A DNA stretch of 39,480 nt from an uncultured Candidatus Rokubacteria bacterium (GTDB taxonomy: Bacteria > Methylomirabilota > Methylomirabilia > Rokubacteriales > CSP1-6), in NCBI GenBank assembly GCA_963747235.1, contig CAVVEU010000006.1:1-39480 (forward strand), given 5' to 3'. Made by a program: the position numbers and the translations under genes. A model generated the notes under the pieces. It ran no database searches. It saw only the letters and a program-made list of their open reading frames with translations, and was not told where the DNA came from. This document shows, piece after piece, positions 20,609 to 29,806 of this stretch; the stretch's first letter is position 1, and the number at the start of each line of letters is the position of its first letter.

Positions 20609-21589
20609 ATGACCAGCTACGAAGCCCACGAGCTTGCCCTGGTATTCCCGCCCATGAGCGAGCCCGAGTTCGCCGCCTTCAAGGAGGACATCCGCGAACA
20701 GGGGCAGCAGGAGGCGATCATCCTGTACGAGGGCAAGATCCTCGATGGCCTGCACCGCTATCGCGCCTGCCAGGAGCTCGGCCGGGAGCCTCGGGTAGTC
20801 CGGTTCGAGGGCAACCCCCGCGCCGCGGCTCAGCTGGTCCTGGGCCGGAACTTCCATCGCCGGCATCTCACGACTTCCCAGCGGGCCCTCGTCGCAGCCG
20901 AGATGTGCAAGCTCCGCCCCCGGGGAAACACGGGGACGTCCCCCTATTTGACCGCGGCCCAGGCGTCCACCCTGATGAGTGTCGGCGAGGACCTCGTCAA
21001 GGACGCCAAACACCTGTTGAGGTCCGGTGACGAGGAGCTGATTCGCTCGGTCCGCGATGGGGTCCGCTCGGTCTCCGCGGCGATCCAGGAGAAGAAGGAG
21101 AAGGCCCGGTTCACGTTCATCGAGCAGTTCGCCCAGCGGCTCGACCGCGCGATGCAGGGCCACAACGAGCGCGACGCCCAGGTGGTCTACCGCGCCAAGC
21201 CGCTGCTCCAGTACATCACGCTGCGCATCCAGGATTACCTCGACCCGCGGACGGCCGAGCCCCTGGGCGGCCTGGACGGCGCCATCCTGTGGGATCCGGC
21301 CGAGCTCAAGGTGCCGGACTGGATCTACGCGGAGCGGGGCGAGGCGACCGCGGGGGAGCGGCGCGCCCGGCTGGCCGCCGTCCTGGCGAAGGCCCGGGAA
21401 GCTGCGCTGGGGTTCCCCGGGGAGCGCTGCCCGGCCTGTGGGCTGCCGCTGCTCGCGACGATCCGACCGGAGGAGCCCTCGTACTGCGCGGTCTGCAAGG
21501 GCGACGTGCTCTGGGAATGGTCCTGGATGCGCGAGCAGGTGGAGGTCGCCTTCAGCAGCGCGCTGCGTTCCATCGCGCCTCGCGCCTAG
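20609..21589 (+). CDS. ParB/Srx N-terminal domain protein with HTH-like segment and C-terminal Zn ribbon
   Basis: HELALVFPPM, ILDGLHRYRAC, NFHRRHLTTSQRA; CPAC...CAVC; GGAGGT RBS. Confidence 0.75.
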   Translation: MTSYEAHELALVFPPMSEPEFAAFKEDIREQGQQEAIILYEGKILDGLHRYRACQELGREPRVVRFEGNPRAAAQLVLGRNFHRRHLTTSQRALVAAEMCKLRPRGNTGTSPYLTAAQASTLMSVGEDLVKDAKHLLRSGDEELIRSVRDGVRSVSAAIQEKKEKARFTFIEQFAQRLDRAMQGHNERDAQVVYRAKPLLQYITLRIQDYLDPRTAEPLGGLDGAILWDPAELKVPDWIYAERGEATAGERRARLAAVLAKAREAALGFPGERCPACGLPLLATIRPEEPSYCAVCKGDVLWEWSWMREQVEVAFSSALRSIAPRA

Positions 21590-21637
21590 ACACGAGGACG
21601 GGGGCGGCGCCGGCCACCCCCGCCCGATCGTCGACGC

Positions 21638-22306
21638 CTAGAGCAGCGCCTGGAAAAACCCGAGCGTCCGCTGGCGGGCCAGGTCGGCGCTCGGCTTGTG
21701 GAAGCTGCCGCGCTCGTCGCAGCTGAAGCCGTGGCCAGCCGGGTAGGTGTGCAGCGGCACCTCCGGATGCGCGGCGCGGACGCGGGCCCAGTGCTCGGGC
21801 GGGATCGCCTGGTCCGTCTCGCCGAAGTGCAGCAGGACCGGGCAACGCGGTGTCTCGCTCGCGGTCTCCGCGATACCGCCGCCGTAGTACCCCACCGCCG
21901 CCTTGACGCCGTCGATGCGCGTGCAGGCCAGCCACGCGAGCGTGCCGCCCAGGCAGTACCCCACCACGCCGACGCTCTGGCCTTCGGCCTTGAGCGCTTC
22001 CACCGCGGCCCGCACGTCGCGCACCATGTCGGCGATGTCCACCTTGCCGCGGATCGACCGGCCCTGCTCGATGTCGTCGGCGGTGTAGCCGAGGTTGATA
22101 CCGGGCTCCACGCGGTCGAAGATCGCGGGCGCTAGCGCCAGATAGCCGTCGGCCGCGAAGCGATCGCACATGCTCTGGATGTGGTGGTTGACTCCGAAGA
22201 TCTCCTGCACGACCACGAGACCGCCCTTGGGCGCGCCGCTCGGGGCCGCGCGGTAGGCCGACAGCCGGTGTCCGTCTTCAGCGGTGAGGTTGATCATGGA
22301 ACCCAT
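21638..22306 (-). CDS. Dienelactone hydrolase family protein
   Basis: QEIFGVN, GYCLGG nucleophile, HFGETD, AGHGF. Confidence 0.92.
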   Translation of the reverse strand: MGSMINLTAEDGHRLSAYRAAPSGAPKGGLVVVQEIFGVNHHIQSMCDRFAADGYLALAPAIFDRVEPGINLGYTADDIEQGRSIRGKVDIADMVRDVRAAVEALKAEGQSVGVVGYCLGGTLAWLACTRIDGVKAAVGYYGGGIAETASETPRCPVLLHFGETDQAIPPEHWARVRAAHPEVPLHTYPAGHGFSCDERGSFHKPSADLARQRTLGFFQALL

Positions 22307-22337
22307 CGTCACGCTCCTTGTCGGGGTTGAACGGCGA

Positions 22338-23196
22338 TCACAGCAGCGGCCGCGCCAGGACCACGAGGCGCGGCAGGTCGGGCTCGGGGCCTTTCAGCAG
22401 CACCGTCGCGGCGGCGGTGACCTGGGCGCCCGCGCGCTCCAGCAGCCGGCAGGCGGCGCGGGCGGTGCCGCCGGTGGCGATCACGTCGTCCACCAGCAGC
22501 ACGCGACGGCCCTCCAGCAGCGGCCAGTCCAGCGGATCCAGCACCAGCGCCTGCGCGCCCGCGGTGGTGATGCTGCTGGCTTCCTCCACCAGCGGCGCGC
22601 GCGGATGGCGCGGCATGTAGTTCTTGACGCCCTTTCTCAGCACCACGTAGCGATCCTGGCCGAAGCACTCCACCATCACCTGCACCATGCCGACCGCCTT
22701 CGACTCCGAGCAGACGACCACGTCGAAGACCTCGCCGAGCGCCACGCCGTCGTCCATGAGCCCGCGATAGAGCAGGTCGCCGCACGCCTGGTTGAGCCGC
22801 GCCTGCCCCAGCAGGTTGAACGAGGCGATGTAGCGGCGCGAGCCGTGCAGCCGGGTGATGGGCCGGTCGGTGGTGAGGGCACCGCTGCCGATGCGCACCT
22901 CGTACCAGCCGATCACGTCGCCCGGCTCGCTCTCGCTCGGCGGGCGACGGCGCGCCGTCGGCCCGCTCCCAGCCTTCGGCCTCCGCGAGCGCGGTGGCCA
23001 GCCCCCGGGCCGCGGGCAGATCGCCACCCTCGAGCGTGCTGAGGCACTCCACCTGCGCCTGCCGCAGCCGCACGCGCGCCTCGTCGTCCACCGCCGCGCG
23101 CGGCAGGACCGCGGCGCGGCGCTTGCCGCCGGCGGGCGCGAGCGCCGCGATCGCGGTCGCGGCGTCCCCGTAGGCTCCGACGATGACCGCGGTCAC
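22338..23196 (-). CDS. Adenine PRT-like phosphoribosyltransferase with N-terminal extension; +1 frameshift near 22945
   Basis: PRPP loop VLLVDDVIATGGT, ESKAV, VVLRK; the PRT frame has no good start, so the GTG at 23196 is inferred. Confidence 0.72.
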
Positions 23197-23203
23197 CGGC
23201 CGC

Positions 23204-23671
23204 TCAGAGCTCGTCCACCGCACGCAGCACGTCGGCGGCGTGGCCGTCCACCTTCACATTGTCCCAGCGGCGGACCACCTTGCCGTCGGGCCCGATGAGG
23301 TAGGTCATGCGCGCCACTCCCATGTACGTGCGGCCGTAGAGGCTCTTCTTCTGCCACGCGCCGAAACGGTCGGCCACCTCGTGCTCCGGATCGGCCAGCA
23401 GCGGGAAGGTGAGCTTGTGCTTGCGGGCGAACTTGGCCTTGCTCGCGGTGTCCAGCACGCTCACCCCGAGGACGGCGGCCTTGCCCTTCTTGAAATCGGG
23501 CAGCGCGTCGCGGAAGGCGCAGGCCTCCTTGGTGCAGCCGGGGGTGTCGTCCTTCGGGTAGAAGTAGACGACGAGCGGACGGCCCGCGTAGTCCTTCAGC
23601 CGGTGCGGCCGGCCGTCCTGATCTGGCAGCGAGAACGCGGGCGCCTTGCGTCCCGGCTCGACGAGCGGCAT
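23204..23671 (-). CDS. bcp: BCP/PrxQ peroxiredoxin
   Basis: YFYPKDDTPGCTKEAC. Confidence 0.94.
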   Translation of the reverse strand: MPLVEPGRKAPAFSLPDQDGRPHRLKDYAGRPLVVYFYPKDDTPGCTKEACAFRDALPDFKKGKAAVLGVSVLDTASKAKFARKHKLTFPLLADPEHEVADRFGAWQKKSLYGRTYMGVARMTYLIGPDGKVVRRWDNVKVDGHAADVLRAVDEL

Positions 23672-23759
23672 CGAAGACCTCCTGGTCGGCGGCGGTGAGT
23701 GGAACCGGCGCCCACCCCACGCGCCGGGCGCCCATCCTACTACCCGGCGGGCGGCCGCG

Positions 23760-24662
23760 CTACCGGCCCGAGAGCCGGCGCCCGATGCGCTTCTCCACCA
23801 CGTGGGTCACCGCCGAGAAGTCCTCGCGACCCCAGCCGCTGTCCACCGCCTCGTCGTAGGTGCGCTTGGTCTCCTCCAGCATCGGCGTGGGCACCTGCAC
23901 CGACTTGGCCAGGGCCAGCGCGAGCATCGCGTCCTTCCGCATCAGCTCGAGCATGAAGGTCGGGGAGAACTCGCCGTCGAAGATGCGCTTGGCGCGCCGG
24001 TCGAAGTAGGTGCCGTAGGCCATGCCACCGCCGCTGCGGACTACATCATAGAACGTGCTCGGATCCACGCCGGACTGCACGCAGACCGCGAGCGCCTCCG
24101 CCACCGCCACCGAGGTGACCGCGGCGAGCCCGTTGTGGATCAGCTTCACGCGATTGGCCATGCTCGCGCCGCCCACGTACATGTGCATCTTGCCCATGAT
24201 CTCGAGATAGGGCGCGATGGTCGGCAGCCGCGCCTTCTCCCCGCCCACGATGAAGAAGATCTGCCCCTCCACCGCCTGCGGCTGCGAGCCCAGCATGGGC
24301 GTGTCCATGTGATCCGCCCCGCGGCCCTTGAGCGCGGCGTGCACCGCGGTGGTCACCTCGGGGCTCACCGTCGAGCAGTCGCAGGTGATCAGGCCCGCGC
24401 GCGCGGCGGAGGCGATGCCGCCCGGCCCCAGGTACACCTCGCGCACGATCGCGTCGTTGGGCAGGCACGTGAAGATCACCGCCGCCTGCGTGGTCACCTC
24501 GGCGATGGAGCCGGCCGCGATGGCGCCCGGGAGCTTCGCGGCGACGGCCAGCGCGGCCGGGCTCGCGTCGTGCGCCACCAGCGGCACGCCGCCCTTGGCC
24601 AGGTTGGTGGCCATCGGCATGCCCATCGTGCCCAGCCCGATGAATCCGACTCGGTCAGCCAT
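23760..24662 (-). CDS. 3-hydroxyisobutyrate dehydrogenase family NAD(P)-dependent oxidoreductase
   Basis: GFIGLGTMG.PMA.NL, DCSTV, KLIHN, F.LELMRKD. Confidence 0.9.
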   Translation of the reverse strand: MADRVGFIGLGTMGMPMATNLAKGGVPLVAHDASPAALAVAAKLPGAIAAGSIAEVTTQAAVIFTCLPNDAIVREVYLGPGGIASAARAGLITCDCSTVSPEVTTAVHAALKGRGADHMDTPMLGSQPQAVEGQIFFIVGGEKARLPTIAPYLEIMGKMHMYVGGASMANRVKLIHNGLAAVTSVAVAEALAVCVQSGVDPSTFYDVVRSGGGMAYGTYFDRRAKRIFDGEFSPTFMLELMRKDAMLALALAKSVQVPTPMLEETKRTYDEAVDSGWGREDFSAVTHVVEKRIGRRLSGR

Positions 24663-24688
24663 GATCGCTCCTCGAACGGGTGGTCGGT

Positions 24689-25162
24689 CTAGGGTGAGGT
24701 GACGGCGGCGCCGCCGCGCACCGGGTGCCGGACGCCATCCAGGAGCAACGCCGAGCCTTCGCCCGCGTCGGACAGGAACGGGGCGAGCTGCTGGACCGCG
24801 ACGCGGCCGAAGCGGGCGCGGAAGGCGCCGCCGCGGACCCGGCAGTAGAGCAGGTCGCGCTCGGTCTCGAGCGTGCGCGGATCGAGCGGCTCGCGGTAGT
24901 CGCCGGAAAAGCACAGCTCCGCCGCCTGGAGGAGGCCGCTCTCGACGGCCAGGCGCAGCCGCTGGACCACGAACGGCGTGTCCGGCGCCTCGAACCAGTT
25001 CCGCTCGCCCTGGCAGAGCACGAGGCAGCGCCCGTCGTCGGTCCGGGTCATCGCGCGCAGGAAGAAGCGCAGCACCGCCGGGTCCACGATCTCGGTGCCG
25101 TCGTGGAAGATCCGCCCGTCGCGGTCCACCTGGTAGCGGTACTCGCGGACGGGGTCCGCCAT
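24689..25162 (-). CDS. DUF1285-like hypothetical protein
   Basis: VDRDGRIFHDGTEI...DTPFVV, LYCRVR.G...ARF; translationally coupled to the upstream gene. Confidence 0.65.
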   Translation of the reverse strand: MADPVREYRYQVDRDGRIFHDGTEIVDPAVLRFFLRAMTRTDDGRCLVLCQGERNWFEAPDTPFVVQRLRLAVESGLLQAAELCFSGDYREPLDPRTLETERDLLYCRVRGGAFRARFGRVAVQQLAPFLSDAGEGSALLLDGVRHPVRGGAAVTSP

Positions 25163-26455
25163 CAGGCGCCCGTCACCGGCACCGATGGCTGGCGATCCAC
25201 GCGACGGGCGAGCAGCGCCCGGGCCTCCACGGCGCGCCCCGCGCGGAGATAGGCGGCGAGCAGGGTGTGCTCGAAGAGATCGCGCTGCGCCCAGCTTCCG
25301 CCCACGCGCACGAGCTGGTCGACGACCGGCGCGAGCCCGCGGATCACGTCCTCGTACCGGCCCTCCGCGAACGCGAGCATCGCCTCCGCCACGATGGGCA
25401 CGACGTCTCCCGCCGGCACCCGGCCCTGCGCCAGGCCTTCGCGGAGCAGCGCGACCCACCGCGCCAGCCCCTCGGCGTCGCCCGCGGCGGCGAGCGCCAC
25501 CGCGCAGTGCACGTCCGCGAAGGAGATCCCGATCGCGGGAAACGACGCGCGCGCATGCTCGGCCACCGCGTCCCACGCCTCCGGCCCGCGCGGCGCGCCC
25601 GCCAGCTCGCGGCGCCACAGCAGCGAGGCGGAGTCCACCAGGGTCGAGAACGGGGCGCACTGGGACGCGCCGGGCCGGATGTCGGCGTCGTAGAGCGCGA
25701 GCGCGGCGTCGGGACGGCCCTGCGCCAGCTCGAACAGCGCCCGATGCCACGAGAGATGGCAATGGAGCGAGGCCGCCTTCGGATACCCGGGCAGGAAGCC
25801 CGCGACGAACTGCGTCCCGGCTCGATCGTCCCCCTTCTCGTAGCACACGTGGGCCCAGGCGTGCGCGGCGTGGGCATTGCGGGGCGCGAGCGTGAGCGAG
25901 CGCTCGATGAGCGGCGCGCCCGCCTTCCAGCCGAGCGCCTCCGTGCGCGCGAAGCCGTGGGCGCCGAGGAACCACCAGTCGTCGCCGTACGCGGGCGCGA
26001 CCGACTCCAGCAGCGCCAGCATGGCCTCGTTGCGGTCCTGCCGCCCGCTGAAGCCGATGAGCCCGTAGATGCCGTTGGCCGCGCCGAGCGCCATGACGTC
26101 CCGCGGGAACTCGGCGACGTGCTCGCGGATGAGCGCCAGCGCGCGCGGCCCCTGGCCTTCGATCGCGAGCCCCAGCGCCTCGACGTGCTGCCGCTCGCGC
26201 CGATCGAGGGAGGCGCCGAGCTCGCGCGCCCGCGCGGCGGCCGCCCGCGCCAGGGCGCCGCGGCCCAGGAGCTGGAGGCTCCGCGCCCGGCCGATGTGGG
26301 CCAGCGCGAAGCCGGGATCGGCGGCGACCGCCTGGTCGAAGCACTCCTCGATGGCGGCGTGAGCTCCGAGGAACCGGTCCACGCCCTCCACGTAGGCGTG
26401 TCCCGCGGCCGCCGAGGACGTCGAGAGCGGAGAGGCCGTAGCGGTCCCGGATCAT
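25162..26455 (-). CDS. TTC38-like TPR protein; +1 frameshift near 26431
   Basis: DRYGLPLST (after correction), ADPGFALA, HAWAHV.YE, HCHLSWH.AL, DSASLLWR, GGS.AQRDL. Confidence 0.82.
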
Positions 26456-26539
26456 CGGCTGGCGCGGGGTGTATACATCGCCCCGAGCCTATCCCCAGCC
26501 GAGGCCGGCGGCAACCGCCGGAACGCGCGGGGCGGGCGG

Positions 26540-27568
26540 CTAGGCGGGAATCGCGACGCGCTTCAGGATACCGAGCTGGTCCAGGATCATGCCCGCGCCC
26601 CGCGCCACGCACGTGAGCGGATCCTCGGTCACGCGGATGCTGAGCCCGGTCTCCTGGTGCAGGAGCTCGTCCAGTCCGCGCAGGAGCGCGCCGCCGCCGG
26701 TGAGCACGATGCCGTTGTCGCTGATGTCGGCGGCCAGCTCGGGCGGGGTGTGCTCGAGGCAGGCGCGCACCGCGGTGATGATGTCGGCGACCGGCTCGCG
26801 CAGCGCCTCGCGGACTTCAAGAGCGGTGATCACGACCGTCTTCGGCAGGCCGTCGAGCAGGTCGCGGCCCTGCACTTCCATCGGCTCGTGGTCGTCGCCC
26901 TTGGGATAGGCCGAGCCCAGGCGGATCTTGGCGTCCTCGGCGCGGCGCTCCCCGACGAGCAGGTCGTAGGCGCGGCGAAGGTAGTGGATGACCGCCTGGT
27001 TCATCTCGTCGCCCGCGATGCGCAGCGACTCCGAGTAGACGATCCCGCACAGGGACATGACCGCGACCTCGGTGGTGCCGCCACCCACGTCCACGATCAT
27101 GCTCGCCCCGGGCTGCTCCACCGGCAGGCCCGCGCCGAGGGCCGCCGCCATGGACGCCTGCACGAGATAGACCTCGCGCGCCCCGGCCTGCTGGGCCGCG
27201 TCCCGGACCGCCCGCCGCTCGACCTGGGTGATGCCCGCGGGGGTGATGATCACGAGGCGCGGCTGCACGAAGCTCCAGCGCCGGCGGGTCTTGTTGATGA
27301 AGTAGCGGAACATCTTCTGGGTGCGATCGAAGTCGGCGATGACGCCGTGACGGAGGGGCCGGACGACCTGCACCGACCCCGGGGCCCGGCCCAGCATGGC
27401 CTTGGCGTCGTTGCCCACGGCCTGCACGGCCCCGTTCATGTCCACCGCCACCACGGACGGCTCGTCGAGAACCACGCCCTGGCCCCGGACGTAGAGCCGG
27501 GTATTGGACGTGCCCAGGTCAACCGCCAGATCGCTCGAGAACACCCGCCCCAGCCCGCCAAGGTTCAT
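26540..27568 (-). CDS. mreB: MreB-like actin homolog, solitary paralog
   Basis: DLGTSNT, EPSVVA, RPLRHGVIADF, DVGGGTTEV, TPPELAADI, LTGGGALL. Confidence 0.92.
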   Translation of the reverse strand: MNLGGLGRVFSSDLAVDLGTSNTRLYVRGQGVVLDEPSVVAVDMNGAVQAVGNDAKAMLGRAPGSVQVVRPLRHGVIADFDRTQKMFRYFINKTRRRWSFVQPRLVIITPAGITQVERRAVRDAAQQAGAREVYLVQASMAAALGAGLPVEQPGASMIVDVGGGTTEVAVMSLCGIVYSESLRIAGDEMNQAVIHYLRRAYDLLVGERRAEDAKIRLGSAYPKGDDHEPMEVQGRDLLDGLPKTVVITALEVREALREPVADIITAVRACLEHTPPELAADISDNGIVLTGGGALLRGLDELLHQETGLSIRVTEDPLTCVARGAGMILDQLGILKRVAIPA

Positions 27569-27631
27569 TCGTGGCCCTCCCGCCAGATCTCCGGAGGAGT
27601 TCAAAAACTGGACCACGATCGACGCCAGCTA

Positions 27632-27644
27632 AATCAACATCTTG
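27632..27644. promoter_or_regulatory. IHF consensus site upstream of the mreB paralog
   Basis: AATCAACATCTTG matches WATCAANNNNTTR. Confidence 0.5.
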
Positions 27645-27693
27645 CGAGGCGCTCTGGGCGTCCGAGTGACGGTGACTGTCATCCGATTGCGCC

Positions 27694-28614
27694 TCAGCGC
27701 GGCAGTGGTGCCGCGCCCTGCATCATGAGCACCGGAAAGGGCTTGCCGGCGTCGCCGACCTGGATGACCCGAGTCGCCGGAACCTCGACGCTTTCGGCCG
27801 CGAAGGCCAGGAGCAGGCGCCGCCGGTACTCGCGGCCGACGGTCCACTGCTGGATGGGCACCGTCTTGAGGCGGGCCTTGATCACCACGGTCGAGTCCTT
27901 GAAGGCGTCCACCCCGAAGATCTCGATGGGCTCGATGATCAACGGACCGTGGGCGGGATCCTGCCGCAGCTCCTCGAACACGCGCCGCATGAGCGCGACG
28001 ATCCGATCGGGATCCTCGCGGTAGCCCACCTCCACGTCCACCACGTAACCCGACCAGTCCTTGGTCATGTTGGCGAGCGTGGTCACGCTGCCGTTGGGGA
28101 AGATGTGCACGGTGCCCGCGAGGTCGCGCAGCACGATGGTGCGAAAGGTCACGGTCTCCACGAGGCCGCCCGTGCCGTTGACCACCGCCACGTCGCCCAC
28201 CCGCACCTGGTCCTCGAGCACGAGGAAGAAGCCGGCGATGACGTCGCGCACCAGGTGCTGCGCGCCGAAGCCCACCGCCAGGCCGACGATGCCCGCGCCG
28301 GCCAGGATGGGTCGCACGTCGTAGCCGAGCTGCGAGAGGCAGATGACGACCACCACCGACCAGAGCCCGACCACCGCCAGGGTCCGTAGCACGCTCGTGA
28401 GCGTGGTCACGCGGGAGCGGGTCACGCCGGGCAGCGCGCCGGTCCGCTCGCCCGCCACGACGAGCACGTGCTCGAGGTGGTCGATCAGGGTGCGCAGGAC
28501 GCGCACGCCGAAGTAGCCGGCGACCAGCACGAGCAGCAGGCGGCCGGCGGTCTGCGCGGTGGAGCCGGCCAGGCCGATCAGCAGCGTACGGAGATCGGTC
28601 GTGAGAAAGTCCAT
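27694..28614 (-). CDS. Small-conductance mechanosensitive channel (MscS/YbiO-like)
   Basis: ILAGAGIVGLAVGFGAQ.LVRDVIAGFF..LEDQ.RVGD, IFPNG; AGGAGG RBS. Confidence 0.92.
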   Translation of the reverse strand: MDFLTTDLRTLLIGLAGSTAQTAGRLLLVLVAGYFGVRVLRTLIDHLEHVLVVAGERTGALPGVTRSRVTTLTSVLRTLAVVGLWSVVVVICLSQLGYDVRPILAGAGIVGLAVGFGAQHLVRDVIAGFFLVLEDQVRVGDVAVVNGTGGLVETVTFRTIVLRDLAGTVHIFPNGSVTTLANMTKDWSGYVVDVEVGYREDPDRIVALMRRVFEELRQDPAHGPLIIEPIEIFGVDAFKDSTVVIKARLKTVPIQQWTVGREYRRRLLLAFAAESVEVPATRVIQVGDAGKPFPVLMMQGAAPLPR

Positions 28615-28642
28615 CGGCTGTCCTCCTTGGTACCGGGTGGAA

Positions 28643-29368
28643 TCAGGCGGACCGCTGCGCGAGCCGGATGCCCAGGCGGGCGCCCATCTCCTCCAGGCCC
28701 GCCAGGCCGCGCTCGCTCGCGAGCTCGATGGCGAGCGGGCCCTCCGCGGCGGTTGGATCGACGTCCACGAGAATTCGCATCGGCGAGTCGGGCCAGCGGA
28801 ACGTGAGTCCGCCCACCGGCCCGGCCTCGACCTCGGCCTGGAGAATGTCGCGCCACTGCGTGAGGGCCCGCTCGCTCGAGTGCACGCGCATGCGCAGGCC
28901 CAGGATCCGCACGGATGGCGGCGCATCGGGCAGCCCCGGCGGCAGGTCCCCCGGAGCATCGGCCGGCGACGGCGCCCCGGCCTCCGCGAGCTGCACCACG
29001 ATGCCGAGGGCCTGCTTGGGGTGAAGGAAGGCTTCCTTCCACGAGGGATCGGACTCGTCGCGACCGACGATGCCGTAGCCGTGGCGCTCGGCCCGCCGAC
29101 AGACCACGTCGAGGTCCGGCACCTTGAACGTGACGTGATGGACACCGGGTCCGTGCGCGGCGAGGAACCGGTGGACAAAGCCGTCCGCGCCCAGGGGCTC
29201 CAGGATCTCGATGCGCCCCCCGCCCGCATAGGTCCAGCTCGCCCACCGGAAGACGCCGGACGGCCGGATCCGCTCCGGGACCCCTCCCAGGACCGCCACC
29301 AGGACGGAAGGAGCGTCGGCGATGCGCGGCAGGGCAATCGCGATATGATCGAGCCGGATCGAGGGCAT
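28643..29368 (-). CDS. VOC/glyoxalase family (methylmalonyl-CoA epimerase-like) protein
   Basis: LDHIAIA, IEILEP, HGPGVHHVTF.V, EAFLHPK; start may be up to 15 nt upstream. Confidence 0.82.
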   Translation of the reverse strand: MPSIRLDHIAIALPRIADAPSVLVAVLGGVPERIRPSGVFRWASWTYAGGGRIEILEPLGADGFVHRFLAAHGPGVHHVTFKVPDLDVVCRRAERHGYGIVGRDESDPSWKEAFLHPKQALGIVVQLAEAGAPSPADAPGDLPPGLPDAPPSVRILGLRMRVHSSERALTQWRDILQAEVEAGPVGGLTFRWPDSPMRILVDVDPTAAEGPLAIELASERGLAGLEEMGARLGIRLAQRSA

Positions 29369-29460
29369 CGGGAGCATGCCCATCTTACTCTTGGAAGCCG
29401 GCTCAAGCCCGAGCATCGCCGGACCGGGTCGGACCATCTAAACGGCGGGAGGACAGAACG

Positions 29461-29796
29461 ATGACCAACGAAACCGAGTGGCTGCAACACCTCGACGAGC
29501 GCAACTACGACGAGGCGCTGGTGGCCGCTGAAGGCGTGATGATGGTGGACTTCTGGGCGGAGTGGTGCGGCCCCTGCCGGGCCATCGGACCGGTCCTGGA
29601 GGACCTGGCCAAGAACTCCGGCGGCGCCGTGACGCTGGCCAAGGTGAACGTGGACGAGAACCCGGGCCTGGCCGCCCGCTACGGCATCCGGTCGATCCCG
29701 ACCATCCTGTTCGTGAAGGACGGCAAGGTCCGCGACCAGGTGGTGGGCGCGGTCCCGAAGACGCAGATCCAGGCCAAGCTGTCCAGCCTCGCCTGA
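29461..29796 (+). CDS. trxA: Thioredoxin
   Basis: DFWAEWCGPC, GIRSIPT; GGAGG RBS. Confidence 0.96.
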   Translation: MTNETEWLQHLDERNYDEALVAAEGVMMVDFWAEWCGPCRAIGPVLEDLAKNSGGAVTLAKVNVDENPGLAARYGIRSIPTILFVKDGKVRDQVVGAVPKTQIQAKLSSLA

Positions 29797-29806
29797 TCGC
29801 GGCGGG

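Noticed and set aside
21590-21637. GC hairpin after the ParB-like gene as an attachment site
   Set aside because: No matching copy on the other side of the gene; more simply a terminator between convergent genes.
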